This document shows positions 31,047 to 41,666 of a stretch of 64,000 nt of DNA, one piece after another. The translations under genes and the position numbers were made by a program. Below the pieces are notes generated by a model, which saw only the letters and a list, made by a program, of their open reading frames with translations, made no database searches and was not told the DNA's origin. The stretch is from [Phormidium] sp. ETS-05 (GTDB lineage Bacteria; Cyanobacteriota; Cyanobacteriia; Cyanobacteriales; Laspinemataceae): NCBI RefSeq assembly GCF_016446395.1, contig NZ_CP051168.1, positions 3,749,579-3,813,578 of the forward strand, in the 5' to 3' direction. The first letter of the stretch is position 1; the number at the start of each line of letters is the position of its first letter.

Positions 31047-31301
31047 ATGAGTCAGCAAATATTAATCGAAGACTTAGAAGAAGCAATTATCGAAAAGCTG
31101 CAAAATCGGGCTCAGCGGCAGGGGCGCACGTTGGCTGAGGAAGTTAAAGCCATTCTCCAAGCTGCTGCCGCTGTTGAGGTAGTCGAGAAAGCGAAGTCCA
31201 GGGAGGATGCTTGGAAAAAAATCGACCAAGCGCGATCAAAGTATGCTGGTAAAATTTTTAGCGACAGTGTAGAACTGTTGCGGGAGGACAGAAACCGGTG
31301 A
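31047..31301 (+). CDS. vapB: antitoxin of a VapBC-type TA pair (FitA-like/RHH family)
   Basis: 84 aa from ATG 31047 with AGGAG RBS (MSQQILIEDLEEAIIEKLQNRAQRQGRTLAEEVKAIL). Its stop overlaps the GTG start of the downstream PIN gene. Confidence 0.7.
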   Translation: MSQQILIEDLEEAIIEKLQNRAQRQGRTLAEEVKAILQAAAAVEVVEKAKSREDAWKKIDQARSKYAGKIFSDSVELLREDRNR

Positions 31302-31684
31302 GCAAATTTGTTGTCGATGCCAGTGTTGCCATTAAGTGGGTAGTGCCAGAGATTCACTCAGCAGCAGCACTCCGGTTGCGCAAGCCCGATTATGAGCTGA
31401 TAGTACCGGACTTTTTCTTTCCAGAAATTGGGAATATTCTGTGGAAGCGAGTCCGGCGGGGTGAAAGTACCCAGGAAAGTGCGCAAGAAGATTTAACCGC
31501 ACTCATGGAATTGACCTTAAATATGCAGCCATCCTTATCACTGATGCCGCAAGCGCTAGAAATTGCTGTCAGAATCGAACAAGCAGTTTATGACTGTGTT
31601 TATTTGGCTTTAGCTGTGAGCAACGATTGCCAGATGGTGACGGCTGACCAGCGGTTTTACAATGCTCTGCGGGGGATACTTTAG
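31298..31684 (+). CDS. vapC: PIN-domain toxin VapC
   Basis: GTG start VSKFVVDASVAIKW...; PIN acidic residues (D at the start; ...TADQRFY at the end); 128 aa. Confidence 0.75.
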   Translation: MSKFVVDASVAIKWVVPEIHSAAALRLRKPDYELIVPDFFFPEIGNILWKRVRRGESTQESAQEDLTALMELTLNMQPSLSLMPQALEIAVRIEQAVYDCVYLALAVSNDCQMVTADQRFYNALRGIL

Positions 31685-31734
31685 CTCCTCATATCTGCTG
31701 GGTTGAGGATTTATCATAACTCAGTAGTAGGGTT

Positions 31735-31925
31735 GCCAGAGCTTGCCAAGGACAAAGGACATTGGACTTAGGACAATCCCCCCTACCCCCCAATGAATCG
31801 GGAGGGGACGGGGTGACGGGGAGACGGGGAGACAATTAACAATTGTCAATTGACAAATGACAAATGACAAATGACAAATGACAAATGACAAATGACAAAT
31901 GACAAATGACAAATGACAAATGATA
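31735..31925. repeat. STRR array (GACAAAT)n plus flanking repeats
   Basis: caattgtcaattgacaaatgacaaatgacaaatgacaaatgacaaatgacaaatgacaaatgacaaatgat. Confidence 0.8.
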
Positions 31926-31927
31926 TT

Positions 31928-33394
31928 CTAAAATCGAAAATAGATAAACGGGTTATAGGTGCCAGCGGCGAGTTTAGCGGCGCAGGCGAGGAAGATGGCG
32001 GCGAGACAGGTGGTGGTGGTAAGAGAAATAATAATTTCGGCAAAAAAAGCGGTTTTTTCCGTGCAGTTACGGGAAAACTTGTGGTAGAGTTTTACTAAAT
32101 ATGGTAAAATCGGGCAAGACCCAATGATGCCTGCTCCCATTGCTAGCCAAATCTCGGCATTAACATAATATCCCAGATAGTAGGCGGTGTTGTTAGTGTT
32201 GCTGGTTAAATTGGCCATAGCCTGGAGAAAAACCCTAGCATCTCCCAGGCGATCGGCTCGGAAAAACACCCACCCTACCATCACCACCAGTAGGGTGTAA
32301 ATATGGCCCAGGGGTGACAGCCACGGGCGTTTTTCTAGAAATTGCAGTAAACCCAGTCTTTCCCAGATGGCAAACAAACCGTGAAATAATCCCCAAACTA
32401 CAAAATTCCAACTGGCACCGTGCCATAAACCACAGAGAAAAAACACCACCACTAGGTTAAAATAAGTCCTCAAGGGAGACAGACGGCTGCCCCCCAAAGG
32501 AATAAATAGGTAATCCCGAAACCAAGTAGATAGAGAAATATGCCAGCGGCGCCAAAAATCCCGAATTGAGGCGGAAATATACGGATAACGAAAATTTTCA
32601 CAAAAATCAAATCCGAACATCTTTCCCAGACCGATCGCCATATCTGAATAGCCAGAAAAATCAAAATAAATCTGCAAAGTATAGCAGCCAACCGCCACCC
32701 AAGCTAAAGGAAAACTCACCTCCCCAGATGGCAGAGCAAAGATTTTATCAACTGGTGCCGCCAGAGTATTGGCAATCAGCATTTTTTTACCCAAGCCAAT
32801 GATAAACCACCGAATCCCTAGCCCAACTTGTGTAAGATTAATATACCTTTGCTGCAATTGTTGCTCTATATTTTCATATCGCACAATTGGCCCTGCAATT
32901 AATTGGGGGAATAAAGCGATGTATAGTCCCAGCCTAAAAACACTAGATTGAGCTTGAACTCGATGGCGATAAACGTCAACAATATAAGATATGGCTTGAA
33001 AAGTAAAAAAAGATATTCCTATGGGTAATTTAATGTCTGTTTGATTAAATTGAAATCTATAAGAAAAATAATTGAAAAATTGGTTCAAATTTTCAATCAA
33101 AAATGTTTGATATTTAAAATAGACTAAAACCGCCAAGTTGACCCCAATTGCAGCGGCTAAGGCGAGAGCTTTGGGTATTTTAGAGGTAATTTTGGCAATG
33201 GCCAATCCCATCCCATAGTTGAAGGTAATGGATGCCAGCATAATTGCGGCAAAAGCGGGCTCACCCCAAGCATAAAAAAACAGGCTGGCGCCCAAGAGCA
33301 ATAAGTTGCGCAATTTGGTTTCCTGTGCCAGCCAGTGCAATGTGAAAACCAGGGGTAAGAATAAAAACAGAAAAACCGGAGAACTAAAAACCAT
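31928..33394 (-). CDS. MBOAT-family membrane O-acyltransferase (AlgI/DltB-like)
   Basis: 488 aa, multi-TM; MBOAT core FWRRWHISLSTWFRDYLFIPLGGSR with the conserved His. ATG 33394. Confidence 0.85.
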   Translation of the reverse strand: MVFSSPVFLFLFLPLVFTLHWLAQETKLRNLLLLGASLFFYAWGEPAFAAIMLASITFNYGMGLAIAKITSKIPKALALAAAIGVNLAVLVYFKYQTFLIENLNQFFNYFSYRFQFNQTDIKLPIGISFFTFQAISYIVDVYRHRVQAQSSVFRLGLYIALFPQLIAGPIVRYENIEQQLQQRYINLTQVGLGIRWFIIGLGKKMLIANTLAAPVDKIFALPSGEVSFPLAWVAVGCYTLQIYFDFSGYSDMAIGLGKMFGFDFCENFRYPYISASIRDFWRRWHISLSTWFRDYLFIPLGGSRLSPLRTYFNLVVVFFLCGLWHGASWNFVVWGLFHGLFAIWERLGLLQFLEKRPWLSPLGHIYTLLVVMVGWVFFRADRLGDARVFLQAMANLTSNTNNTAYYLGYYVNAEIWLAMGAGIIGSCPILPYLVKLYHKFSRNCTEKTAFFAEIIISLTTTTCLAAIFLACAAKLAAGTYNPFIYFRF

Positions 33395-33410
33395 TGCCTA
33401 CCCCAGCAGC

Positions 33411-34433
33411 CTAATTGTTAATCGTGCCATCGGGCATAGTAGCATCAGTGAGGATGGCTTCGCTCCAGTCCACTCCCGTTGTATCCGCGTGGCGGAGGCT
33501 GGCACCGATCAGATTGCAGCGATAAAGTTTGCAGCCATCTAAGCTGGCTTTCCACAGATAGGCACCACGTAAAGAGGCATCGGAGAGGTCGGCATTTTGG
33601 AGATTGGCTAAATTGAGGTTGGCGCCGGTGAGGTCCGCTTCGCTCAAATCGGCATCACTCAAATCGGCTTTGCTCAAATTGGCTTCGCTGAGGGCGGCTT
33701 TTCTTAACTGGGCGCTATTGAGATTGGCGGCCCGCAAGTTGGCGTGGTTGAGGATAGCGAAGCGCATCGCGGCGTGAGAGAGGTTGCTGGCGGTGAGGTT
33801 GGCGCCGCTGAGGTTGGCACCGCTGAGTTTGGCTTCTTCCAGGGAACAGCCTTCGAGGTTAAATCCGCTCAGATCCACACCATTAAGCCATGCACCACTC
33901 AGCTTGATGTTGTTAATGAGAGCCCCAGAGAGGTCGGCGCCGCTCAAGCGAGCCCCAGAAAGGTTTGCCCAATTTAAATTAGCGCCACTCAAGTTAGCAT
34001 TGCGCAGATTGATCCCGCTCAAGTCGGAGCCGCAGAAATTAACACCGCTGAGGTTGGCGGCGGCGAGGTTAACGCCGGTGATAATTGCGCCACTAAATTT
34101 AGCGCCCACAAGACAGGACTTGAGGAGATTGGCGCCTTTGAGGTTGGCTTTAGTCAGGTCGGCTTGCAGGAGATTGGAATTTTGTAGCTTGGCAAAACTG
34201 AGGTCAGTACGGTAGAGAAAGGCGCCGGTGAAGTTGACGTTATTGAGGAAAGCGCGGCTGAAGCAGGCGCCGGTGAGGAAAGCACCGCTGAAGTTGGCAC
34301 CGGTGAGATTGGCATGGGTGAGGTCAGCCCCAATCAGGTTGACGCCAGTAAAATTTCTGTTTCCAGCGGCGTAAAGCTCAAGTAATTCTTTGGCATTCAT
34401 AGGATTGATTTGAACTGATTTGGCATTAGTCAT
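33411..34433 (-). CDS. pentapeptide repeat protein
   Basis: Continuous A(D/N)LSxA(N/D)L pentapeptide repeats across 340 aa. Confidence 0.85.
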   Translation of the reverse strand: MTNAKSVQINPMNAKELLELYAAGNRNFTGVNLIGADLTHANLTGANFSGAFLTGACFSRAFLNNVNFTGAFLYRTDLSFAKLQNSNLLQADLTKANLKGANLLKSCLVGAKFSGAIITGVNLAAANLSGVNFCGSDLSGINLRNANLSGANLNWANLSGARLSGADLSGALINNIKLSGAWLNGVDLSGFNLEGCSLEEAKLSGANLSGANLTASNLSHAAMRFAILNHANLRAANLNSAQLRKAALSEANLSKADLSDADLSEADLTGANLNLANLQNADLSDASLRGAYLWKASLDGCKLYRCNLIGASLRHADTTGVDWSEAILTDATMPDGTINN

Positions 34434-34597
34434 AGAGATAATTTGAAGGGAAATTTTTTAGCTGTAGCACTTGATAGGTTTGAAATGTAGCGGTCACAAA
34501 AGGCTAGGTTTTTTGTTAATCTGGATTTATATCTAGGAAAATGATGGGTAGGTTTTATTTTTAATATTTAATTGGTGAAGGGATATGGGAATAATTA

Positions 34598-34840
34598 CTC
34601 TAATTATTAGAGTAACATTTATCCAGTAGTAGGGTGGGCATTGCCTAACGGAGAATTATTTTTATATCCAGTAGCAGGGCGCTGCTCAACCTACAGAACT
34701 ACAGCACTCTAATTATTAGAGTAACCTTTATCCAGTAGTAGGGTGGGCAGTGCCTAACGGAGAATTATTTTTATATCCAGTAGCAGGGCACTGCCCACCC
34801 TACAGAACTCTAATTATTAGAGTAACATTTATCCAGTAAT
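34598..34840. repeat. ~100-bp tandem repeat (about 2.5 copies) containing the GTAGGGTGGGCAGTGCC palindrome
   Basis: ctctaattattagagtaacatttatccagtagtagggtgggcattgcctaacggagaattatttttatatccagtagcagggc(g/a)ctgc...ctacagaact, repeated. Confidence 0.75.
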
Positions 34841-35025
34841 TATTGCAGTAAATATGTCAATATTTATAAATTTTTGTAATTAGGGTTTAACAAAAAAGAT
34901 GGGCGTGTCGATCGGTTTCGTGGGTGGGGGAAATGAGGGGGAGGGCTGTGGTGGGAGTGGGTTTGATAGTTCCCGGGGCGGGACCGGGAACGAGGGGGCG
35001 TTTCCTAGCTATGATGATGCTGTAA

Positions 35026-35880
35026 TCACGCTTTAGGGGCGCCATCGGGCATGACTGCCCTGAGCAACTTGGCATCGCGCAGGTTAGCTCGATAGAGGTT
35101 GGCATCAATTAAGATGGCTTCCGTGAGGTCGGCGCCGGTGAGGTTGGACCAGCCGAGGTTAGCGCGGTAAAGGCTGGCACCTTGTAAATTGGCGCCGCGC
35201 AAGGTAGTCCAACTGATTTTGGTGCCGCGTAGTTGGGCACTTTTGAGGTTGACCTCAGCCATATTGGAGCCACTGAGGTTGGCACGGCTCAGGTCAGCGC
35301 GGGTGAGGTCGGCGAGGGTGAGGTTGGCGCCGTTGAGGATGGCGTTAGTGAGGTTGACTTCGATCATGGTGGCGTTGACCAGAATCGCTAAAGTGAGGTT
35401 GGCGCCTTCTAATCTGGCGGCAGTGAGATTGCATCCAGTTAAGTTGGAGCGGGAGAGGTTGGCATCTCGGAGTTTGGCTTGGGTGAGGTTGGCGCCGACG
35501 AATCGGCTTTCACTGGCGATCGACTCACTCAAGTCCGCTAATTCCAAATTCGCCCGCTCCATAACAGACCGACTGGCATTAACTGCTTTGAGGTTAGCTT
35601 TCGATAAATTGCAATCGTTCAAATCGGCGCCAATTAAGTTGGCTTCCTGCAGGTCCACCCCTTCCATCGTGGAGCCTGTCAGTTTTACTTCACGTAAGTT
35701 AGCTCCTCTAAGTATAGTACCGGTAAAATTCACTTGTTGGAGGTTAGCGGAGCGGAGGTTGATTTCACTCAAATCCAACCCGGCCAGATTACCTCCGACA
35801 AAGTTGAGGTCACGAAAATCTCTTTCCCCGGCAGCATAGCGCTCTAGAACTTCCCTTAAATCCACAATATACCCCCTCAT
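35026..35880 (-). CDS. pentapeptide repeat protein
   Basis: Pentapeptide repeats throughout. Start set to ATG 35880 (MRGYIVDLREVLERYAAGERDF, parallel to the neighbouring paralog's N-terminus); TTG 35898 is the alternative. Confidence 0.8.
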   Translation of the reverse strand: MRGYIVDLREVLERYAAGERDFRDLNFVGGNLAGLDLSEINLRSANLQQVNFTGTILRGANLREVKLTGSTMEGVDLQEANLIGADLNDCNLSKANLKAVNASRSVMERANLELADLSESIASESRFVGANLTQAKLRDANLSRSNLTGCNLTAARLEGANLTLAILVNATMIEVNLTNAILNGANLTLADLTRADLSRANLSGSNMAEVNLKSAQLRGTKISWTTLRGANLQGASLYRANLGWSNLTGADLTEAILIDANLYRANLRDAKLLRAVMPDGAPKA

Positions 35881-36082
35881 CGGATTCGCTTGTTCCAATT
35901 TATCGTCTCAGATTCAAGCAGATTTGGGAGAATGGAAAGCGTGGGGGTTTCGGGACAGGACGAAAGGCAACGTCTCCCTAGGGTCCGGCAAGCGCTGACC
36001 TATGGTGCGGAATCCCCCATCCCTCCAGCCCCGCCTTTCAAAGGGTTGGGGGGGATGTCACTGAAAACAGTAAGAGGCAAAG

Positions 36083-37765
36083 ATGGCAGAAAATTTGAGA
36101 AGTGCTGTGGTGACTCAGGGAACCCAGCGGGCTCCTAACCGAGCGATGTTGCGAGCCGTGGGTTTTGGTGATGGAGATTTCACTAAACCGATCGTGGGTA
36201 TCGCCAACGGCTACAGCACTATCACCCCGTGCAATGTGGGGTTAAATGATTTGGCACTGCGAGGGGAAGCGGCGGTGCGTCATGGTGGGGGAATGCCCCA
36301 AATCTTTGGCACCATCACCATCAGCGATGGTATCTCAATGGGCACCGAGGGGATGAAGTATTCTTTAGTCTCCCGGGAGGTGATTGCTGATTCCATAGAA
36401 ACGGTGTGCAATGGTCAGAGCTTGGATGGCGTCCTGGCGATCGGCGGCTGCGATAAAAATATGCCTGGGGCGATGATTGCCATTGCCCGTATGAACATCC
36501 CCGCCATCTTCGTCTATGGCGGCACCATCAAACCGGGCAAATACAACGATCGCGACCTCACCGTAGTCAGCGCCTTTGAAGCCGTCGGCGAATATAGCGC
36601 GGGCAAAATCTCCGCCGAAGAACTCCTCGGCATCGAACGCAACGCCTGTCCTGGAGCCGGTTCCTGCGGCGGGATGTACACCGCCAACACCATGTCCTCC
36701 GCCTTTGAAGCGATGGGGATGAGCCTAATGTACTCCTCCACAATGGCAGCCGAAGACGAAGAAAAAGCCGATAGTACCGCCGAATCAGCCAAAGTTCTCC
36801 TCGATGCCATCCGATCGCAAATCCTCCCCCGGCAAATCCTCACCCGCAAAGCCTTTGAAAACGCCATATCCGTCATCATGGCCGTGGGGGGTTCCACCAA
36901 CGCCGTCCTACACCTGCTCGCCATTTCCCGCGCTGCAGGCGTCCCCCTCAACCTCGATGACTTTGAAACCATCCGCCAGCGCGTCCCCGTCCTTTGTGAC
37001 CTCAAACCCAGCGGCAAACACGTCATCACCGAATTTCACGCCGTTGGCGGCGTTCCCCTAGTGATGAAAATGCTCCTGGAACATGGTTTAATCCACGGCG
37101 ACGCCCTCACCATCACCGGCAAAACCATTGCCGAACAATTAGCAGAGGTGCCGTCCCAACCCCCCAGCGGTCAAAACATCATCCGTCCCTGGGATAATCC
37201 CATGTATCGTCAGGGACATTTAGCCATTCTCAAAGGCAACTTAGCCACCGAAGGTGCTGTGGCGAAAATCAGTGGCGTCAAAAACCCCGTCATCACCGGT
37301 CCAGCGCGGGTATTTGAATCCGAGGAAGAATGCCTCCAAGCGATTTTGGATGGCAAAATCAAAGCCGGAGATGTGGTGGTGGTGCGTTATGAAGGCCCCA
37401 AAGGCGGACCGGGAATGCGGGAAATGCTCGCCCCCACTTCGGCAATTATCGGCGCCGGTTTGGGCGATTCCGTAGGCTTGATTACCGATGGCCGGTTTTC
37501 TGGCGGTACTTACGGTATGGTTGTGGGTCACGTGGCACCGGAAGCCGCCGTGGGCGGGACGATCGCCCTAGTGCAAGAAGGCGACACCATCACCATTGAC
37601 GCCCACACCCGTCAGCTCCAGCTCCATATAGAAGACGCCGAGCTGGAACAACGCCGCGCCAACTGGCAACCCCCCAAACCCCGCTACACCGCAGGCGTCA
37701 TGGCCAAATACGCCAAATTGGTCTCCAGTAGCAGCCTCGGTGCCGTCACCGATTTAAATCTCTAG
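36083..37765 (+). CDS. ilvD: dihydroxy-acid dehydratase
   Basis: 560 aa. IlvD/EDD-family motifs ([20 protein letters not shown]; [11 protein letters not shown]; SGGTYG). RBS TAAGAGG. Confidence 0.95.
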   Translation: MAENLRSAVVTQGTQRAPNRAMLRAVGFGDGDFTKPIVGIANGYSTITPCNVGLNDLALRGEAAVRHGGGMPQIFGTITISDGISMGTEGMKYSLVSREVIADSIETVCNGQSLDGVLAIGGCDKNMPGAMIAIARMNIPAIFVYGGTIKPGKYNDRDLTVVSAFEAVGEYSAGKISAEELLGIERNACPGAGSCGGMYTANTMSSAFEAMGMSLMYSSTMAAEDEEKADSTAESAKVLLDAIRSQILPRQILTRKAFENAISVIMAVGGSTNAVLHLLAISRAAGVPLNLDDFETIRQRVPVLCDLKPSGKHVITEFHAVGGVPLVMKMLLEHGLIHGDALTITGKTIAEQLAEVPSQPPSGQNIIRPWDNPMYRQGHLAILKGNLATEGAVAKISGVKNPVITGPARVFESEEECLQAILDGKIKAGDVVVVRYEGPKGGPGMREMLAPTSAIIGAGLGDSVGLITDGRFSGGTYGMVVGHVAPEAAVGGTIALVQEGDTITIDAHTRQLQLHIEDAELEQRRANWQPPKPRYTAGVMAKYAKLVSSSSLGAVTDLNL

Positions 37766-37789
37766 TATTTCCCCTAGCCCTCTAGGGGA

Positions 37790-37985
37790 TAATTGATAAT
37801 TGATAATTGATAATTGATAATTGATAATTGATAATTGTCAATTGTCAATTATTGATGAACTATGATGCTCCCTTCTCCCGCTCCGGGTGAGGGGCTGCCA
37901 ATCGTGAGGGCTGATTTCTCGATTGATTTAGGATTGCCATATCAATTATCAAGTATCAATTATCAATTATCAATTATCAATTGGA
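37790..37985. repeat. (GAYAATT)n STRR arrays, two blocks
   Basis: gataattgataattgataattgataattgataattgataattgtcaattgtcaattattg ... caattatcaagtatcaattatcaattatcaattatcaattgg. Confidence 0.8.
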
Positions 37986-38288
37986 TATGATAAAGAAAAG
38001 TGAAGAATCATCAAGAATTATCAAGCTGACTACCAAGATAAAAACCCGATCGGGGATACTGGTGTCAACGGGTAAGAGAGCCGACTCGACTCGCAGCCAC
38101 AGGAATCATTAACATCAGTTTTTTTCAGGGCAGTAGGGAAATGGCAATGCCGTGTCCCTACTGCTAACACGCTCTCCATTTTCCCACTCCGCACGGGCGC
38201 AGCTTCATTTTAGAGGCATCCCACCGGAAAGTAGCCAAACCGTGGGGAAGATTTATCATAGATAAAATATCGTAGGGGATTGCCAGCT

Positions 38289-40283
38289 ATGACTTATTGC
38301 CTAAACCCTAATTGCCAAAATCCGCATAACAGCGATTTGGCTGAGACTTGCAAAAGTTGCGGGTCAGAATTGCTGTTGAAAAACCGCTATCGCCCCTTAC
38401 ATCCCCTAGGCGGCGGCGCTCCGGGGGGTTCTTTCCTGGCAGTGGATGAAGATAAACCCTCCAAACCCCTGTGTGTCATCAGCTCATCCCCCATTGCCAA
38501 TAACACTACCGGTAGTCACTTTGGTAGTTTCAGCGCTTTTGCTTCTGGGTTGGATGAGCTGGGAGAACACCCCCAGATTCCCAATCTGCTGGCTTCTTTT
38601 GAAGAAGCAGACCGCTACTATCTGGTGCAAGAGTATATTGAGGGGAAAAATCTGGCGCAGGAATTGGCCGCTAATGGCACTTTCACTGAAGTAAAAATCC
38701 GCAAACTCTTGCAAGATTTGCTACCAGTGTTACAGTTCCTCAGTGGTAACGATGCGATTCACCGGGATATCAAGCCCAGTAATATTATTCGGCCAGTGGA
38801 TGGCGGGCCGCTAGCTTTGGTTGATTTTAGCACCGTCGAACTCCATACCAGTCGCACCAGAGTCAAACCCGGGATACTCAAGGGTTCGGCAGAGTACGCC
38901 GCCCCAGAACAAACCCAAGGCAGGGCGGTTTTTGCTAGCGATATCTATAGCTTGGGTGTCACTTGCTTGCATCTGCTCACAGGTTTGTCTCCGTTTGAGC
39001 TGTTTGATGTGGAGTCTGACCGGTGGGTGTGGTCGGATTATTTGCAAAAGCCGGTGAGCGATCGCCTCAAGACCATCCTCACCAAAATGGTAGAGCGTGA
39101 TCTGAAGCATCGCTACACGATCGCCGCCGACATCCTCAAAGACCTGAAAAAACCAGCTCTGCCAGCTTACACCAAAACCCAAAAGAACACCGCTGCAACC
39201 ATTTTTGGTGGCGCCGCTGTAGCCGTTCTGTCCCTGATGGTGGGTCATCGCGTCCCCAGCCCTGTGCCCTACAGCACATACACCACCACCCCCATCCCCG
39301 TTACCCAGCTAGAGGAAATCCCCTACACCCTCCCGAAACTGGATCAATCCACCCCTCGCAATAACAAACAAGTGCCCCCGATGCGCACTTTGGCGAGTAC
39401 CTCCGGGCCGGTGTGGTCCGTGGCGGTGAGCCCCGACGGCAAAGCGATCGCCTCGGGCAACACCGACGGCACCATCCAAATCTGGCGGGTCAACAGCGGC
39501 GATTTCCAAATCCCCATCCGCACCCTCTACGGTCACTCCGAGCCGATTTGGTCCCTCGCAGTCAGCCCGGACGGCAAACTCCTCGCCAGCGGCAGCGCCG
39601 ACAAAACCATCAAAATCTGGGACCTCGCCAGTGGCCAACTCCTAGACACCCTCAAAGGCCATAGCGCCGGTATTTTCTCCGTCGCCTTCAGCCCCGACAG
39701 CCAGCGCGTCGCCAGCGGCAGTTTTGATAAAACCGTCAAACTCTGGCAAATCAACACCAGCAAAGACTGGCGCTTTGCAGGCAACCTCCTGCACACCTTC
39801 ATCGGTCACACCCAAGAAGTGCAATCCGTCGCCTTCAACAGCGACGGCCAAACCCTCGCCTCTGGCAGCACCGACGGCACCATTAAACTCTGGAACTGGC
39901 GCACCGGCAAGCTGACCCGCACCCTCGTCGGTCACAATGACTCCGTGTGGTCCGTCGCCTTCAGCCCCGATGGTCGTACCCTTGCCTCCGGTAGCTGGGA
40001 TAAAACCATCAAATTATGGGATTTAGAAACCGGCACCTCCTGGCGCACCCTCCGGGGACACGGCCAACAAGTCCACTCCGTAGCCTTCAGCCCTGACGGC
40101 AAGACGATCGCCAGTGGCGACCTCGGCGGCACCATCAAACTCTGGAATTCCTACAGCGGCTGCCAAAAAGGCACCCTCAAAGGTCACTCCGACTGGGTAG
40201 AAGTCGCCTTCGCCGCCGGTGGCAAAGCCCTCGTCAGCGGCAGCTTTGACGACACCATCAAACTCTGGCGTTTGGCTCCATAG
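38289..40283 (+). CDS. serine/threonine protein kinase with N-terminal Cys4 zinc ribbon and C-terminal WD40 repeats
   Basis: CLNPNCQNP...CKSCGS, kinase catalytic loop HRDIKPSNII, APE motif, TM/linker, then seven WD40 repeats (GH...WD). Start reset to ATG 38289; the track start is TTG 38280. Confidence 0.85.
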   Translation: MTYCLNPNCQNPHNSDLAETCKSCGSELLLKNRYRPLHPLGGGAPGGSFLAVDEDKPSKPLCVISSSPIANNTTGSHFGSFSAFASGLDELGEHPQIPNLLASFEEADRYYLVQEYIEGKNLAQELAANGTFTEVKIRKLLQDLLPVLQFLSGNDAIHRDIKPSNIIRPVDGGPLALVDFSTVELHTSRTRVKPGILKGSAEYAAPEQTQGRAVFASDIYSLGVTCLHLLTGLSPFELFDVESDRWVWSDYLQKPVSDRLKTILTKMVERDLKHRYTIAADILKDLKKPALPAYTKTQKNTAATIFGGAAVAVLSLMVGHRVPSPVPYSTYTTTPIPVTQLEEIPYTLPKLDQSTPRNNKQVPPMRTLASTSGPVWSVAVSPDGKAIASGNTDGTIQIWRVNSGDFQIPIRTLYGHSEPIWSLAVSPDGKLLASGSADKTIKIWDLASGQLLDTLKGHSAGIFSVAFSPDSQRVASGSFDKTVKLWQINTSKDWRFAGNLLHTFIGHTQEVQSVAFNSDGQTLASGSTDGTIKLWNWRTGKLTRTLVGHNDSVWSVAFSPDGRTLASGSWDKTIKLWDLETGTSWRTLRGHGQQVHSVAFSPDGKTIASGDLGGTIKLWNSYSGCQKGTLKGHSDWVEVAFAAGGKALVSGSFDDTIKLWRLAP

Positions 40284-40285
40284 TT

Positions 40286-40365
40286 TGTCATTTGTCATTT
40301 GTCATTGGTCATTTGTCATTTGACAACAGGTAGTAGGGTGGGCAGGGTACTGCCCACCCTACATT
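40286..40365. repeat. STRR plus GTAGGGTGGGCAG palindrome
   Basis: ttgtcatttgtcatttgtcattggtcatttgtcatttgac...gtagtagggtgggcagggtactgcccaccctac. Confidence 0.75.
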
Positions 40366-40427
40366 TTTGACACTGTTAAATCTTTACGGTATTGACAAAA
40401 TTATCGCTTTGACCGAGGATAACTGCC

Positions 40428-41666
40428 ATGAATAGTGACAAAAATCATGTCAGCAGAGGCAATATTTTAATTGTGGATGACGAGCCCAACAATTTGCGGG
40501 TATTATTGAATTGTTTAATCGCCAATGGCTATGATGCTCGCGGCGTCTTGAATGGGGAAATGGGGTTAAAAGCTGCCTTATCCGAGCCGCCTGATTTAGT
40601 CTTGCTAGATATTATGATGCCGCACATGGATGGATATCAGGTTTGCCATGAATTTAAAAAAAATGATAATTTAAAAGATATTCCCATCATTTTTATTAGT
40701 GCTAAATACGATAGCCTTGACAAGGTGAAAGCATTTCGGGGGGGTGGGATAGATTACATTCCTAAGCCGTTTCAGATTGAAGAGGTTTTGGCACGCATAG
40801 AAAACCATTTGCGTTTAAGGCAATTGCAGCAGGAACTAGCACAGCAAAATTTATGGCTGCAAGCGGAAATCAGCCAGCGTCAAGCAGCCGAGCAAGCTCT
40901 GCAAGCACAAAATGCCCAGCTACAACGAGAAATCAGAGAGCGGGAGCGGGCGGAAGCGGAGCTGGCTAAGCTGAACGAGGATTTGGCTCGTTCTAATAGC
41001 GAACTGGCACAATTTGTCAGCATTGCCTCTCACGATTTGCGCTCTCCTTTAACGACGATTAAAGGTTATGGTCAATTGTTCAAAATGCGTCACGCCCAGT
41101 CCTTAGAAGCGGAAGGGCTGCGGTATATCGATCGGATTCTCGATGGGTGCGATCGGATGCTGAACCTGATTGACGATTTATTGCAATATTCCCGATTAGG
41201 AAAAGGTGGAGAGCAGTTTAGTCCGGTTAGCACCGCCGAAGCTGTAGAAGAAGCCTGCCAAAATCTCAGTTTAGAAATCAACACCAATCATGCCGAGATT
41301 ATCTGCCGCGACTTACCCGTACTCACGGCGGACTTTTCCCAATTGCGCCAGCTATTTCAAAATTTAATCGGTAATGCCATCAAATACCGAGGCGAAGCCA
41401 ATCCCAGAGTAGAAGTTACCGCCATAGCCGAAACCGAGCAATACTTATTCGCCATTAAAGATAATGGCATTGGCATTGAGCCGGAATCGTTTCCCAAAAT
41501 CTTTCAGATGTTTAAGCGCCTGCACGGTCCGAGCGAATATCCCGGCACTGGTATCGGTTTAGCGATTTGTCAAAAAATTGTTCAACTTCACGGCGGGCGC
41601 CTCTGGGTAGAATCAGCACCTGCTCAAGGTTCGAGTTTCTATTTTACCATCCCGATACTCGGCTGA
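40428..41666 (+). CDS. hybrid response-regulator receiver / histidine kinase (REC-coiled coil-HisKA-HATPase)
   Basis: ILIVDDEPNNLRVL...DLVLLDIMMP (receiver), Q/E-rich coiled coil, HisKA (SIASHDLRSPLTTIKGY), HATPase (GNAIKY...DNGIGI...GTGIGLAICQKIVQLHGG). SD GAGGA. Confidence 0.85.
   Translation: MNSDKNHVSRGNILIVDDEPNNLRVLLNCLIANGYDARGVLNGEMGLKAALSEPPDLVLLDIMMPHMDGYQVCHEFKKNDNLKDIPIIFISAKYDSLDKVKAFRGGGIDYIPKPFQIEEVLARIENHLRLRQLQQELAQQNLWLQAEISQRQAAEQALQAQNAQLQREIRERERAEAELAKLNEDLARSNSELAQFVSIASHDLRSPLTTIKGYGQLFKMRHAQSLEAEGLRYIDRILDGCDRMLNLIDDLLQYSRLGKGGEQFSPVSTAEAVEEACQNLSLEINTNHAEIICRDLPVLTADFSQLRQLFQNLIGNAIKYRGEANPRVEVTAIAETEQYLFAIKDNGIGIEPESFPKIFQMFKRLHGPSEYPGTGIGLAICQKIVQLHGGRLWVESAPAQGSSFYFTIPILG

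Noticed and set aside
35189-35839. 216-aa ORF on plus strand, and 33784..34215, opposite the pentapeptide-repeat genes
   Set aside because: The reverse strand of pentapeptide repeats yields Leu/Arg/Ala-rich pseudo-ORFs. The pentapeptide genes themselves have good starts.
37769-37795. cccctagccctctagggg hairpin after ilvD as a terminator
   Set aside because: The hairpin is present but followed by ataattgataattg (STRR), not a U-run; too weak to call.
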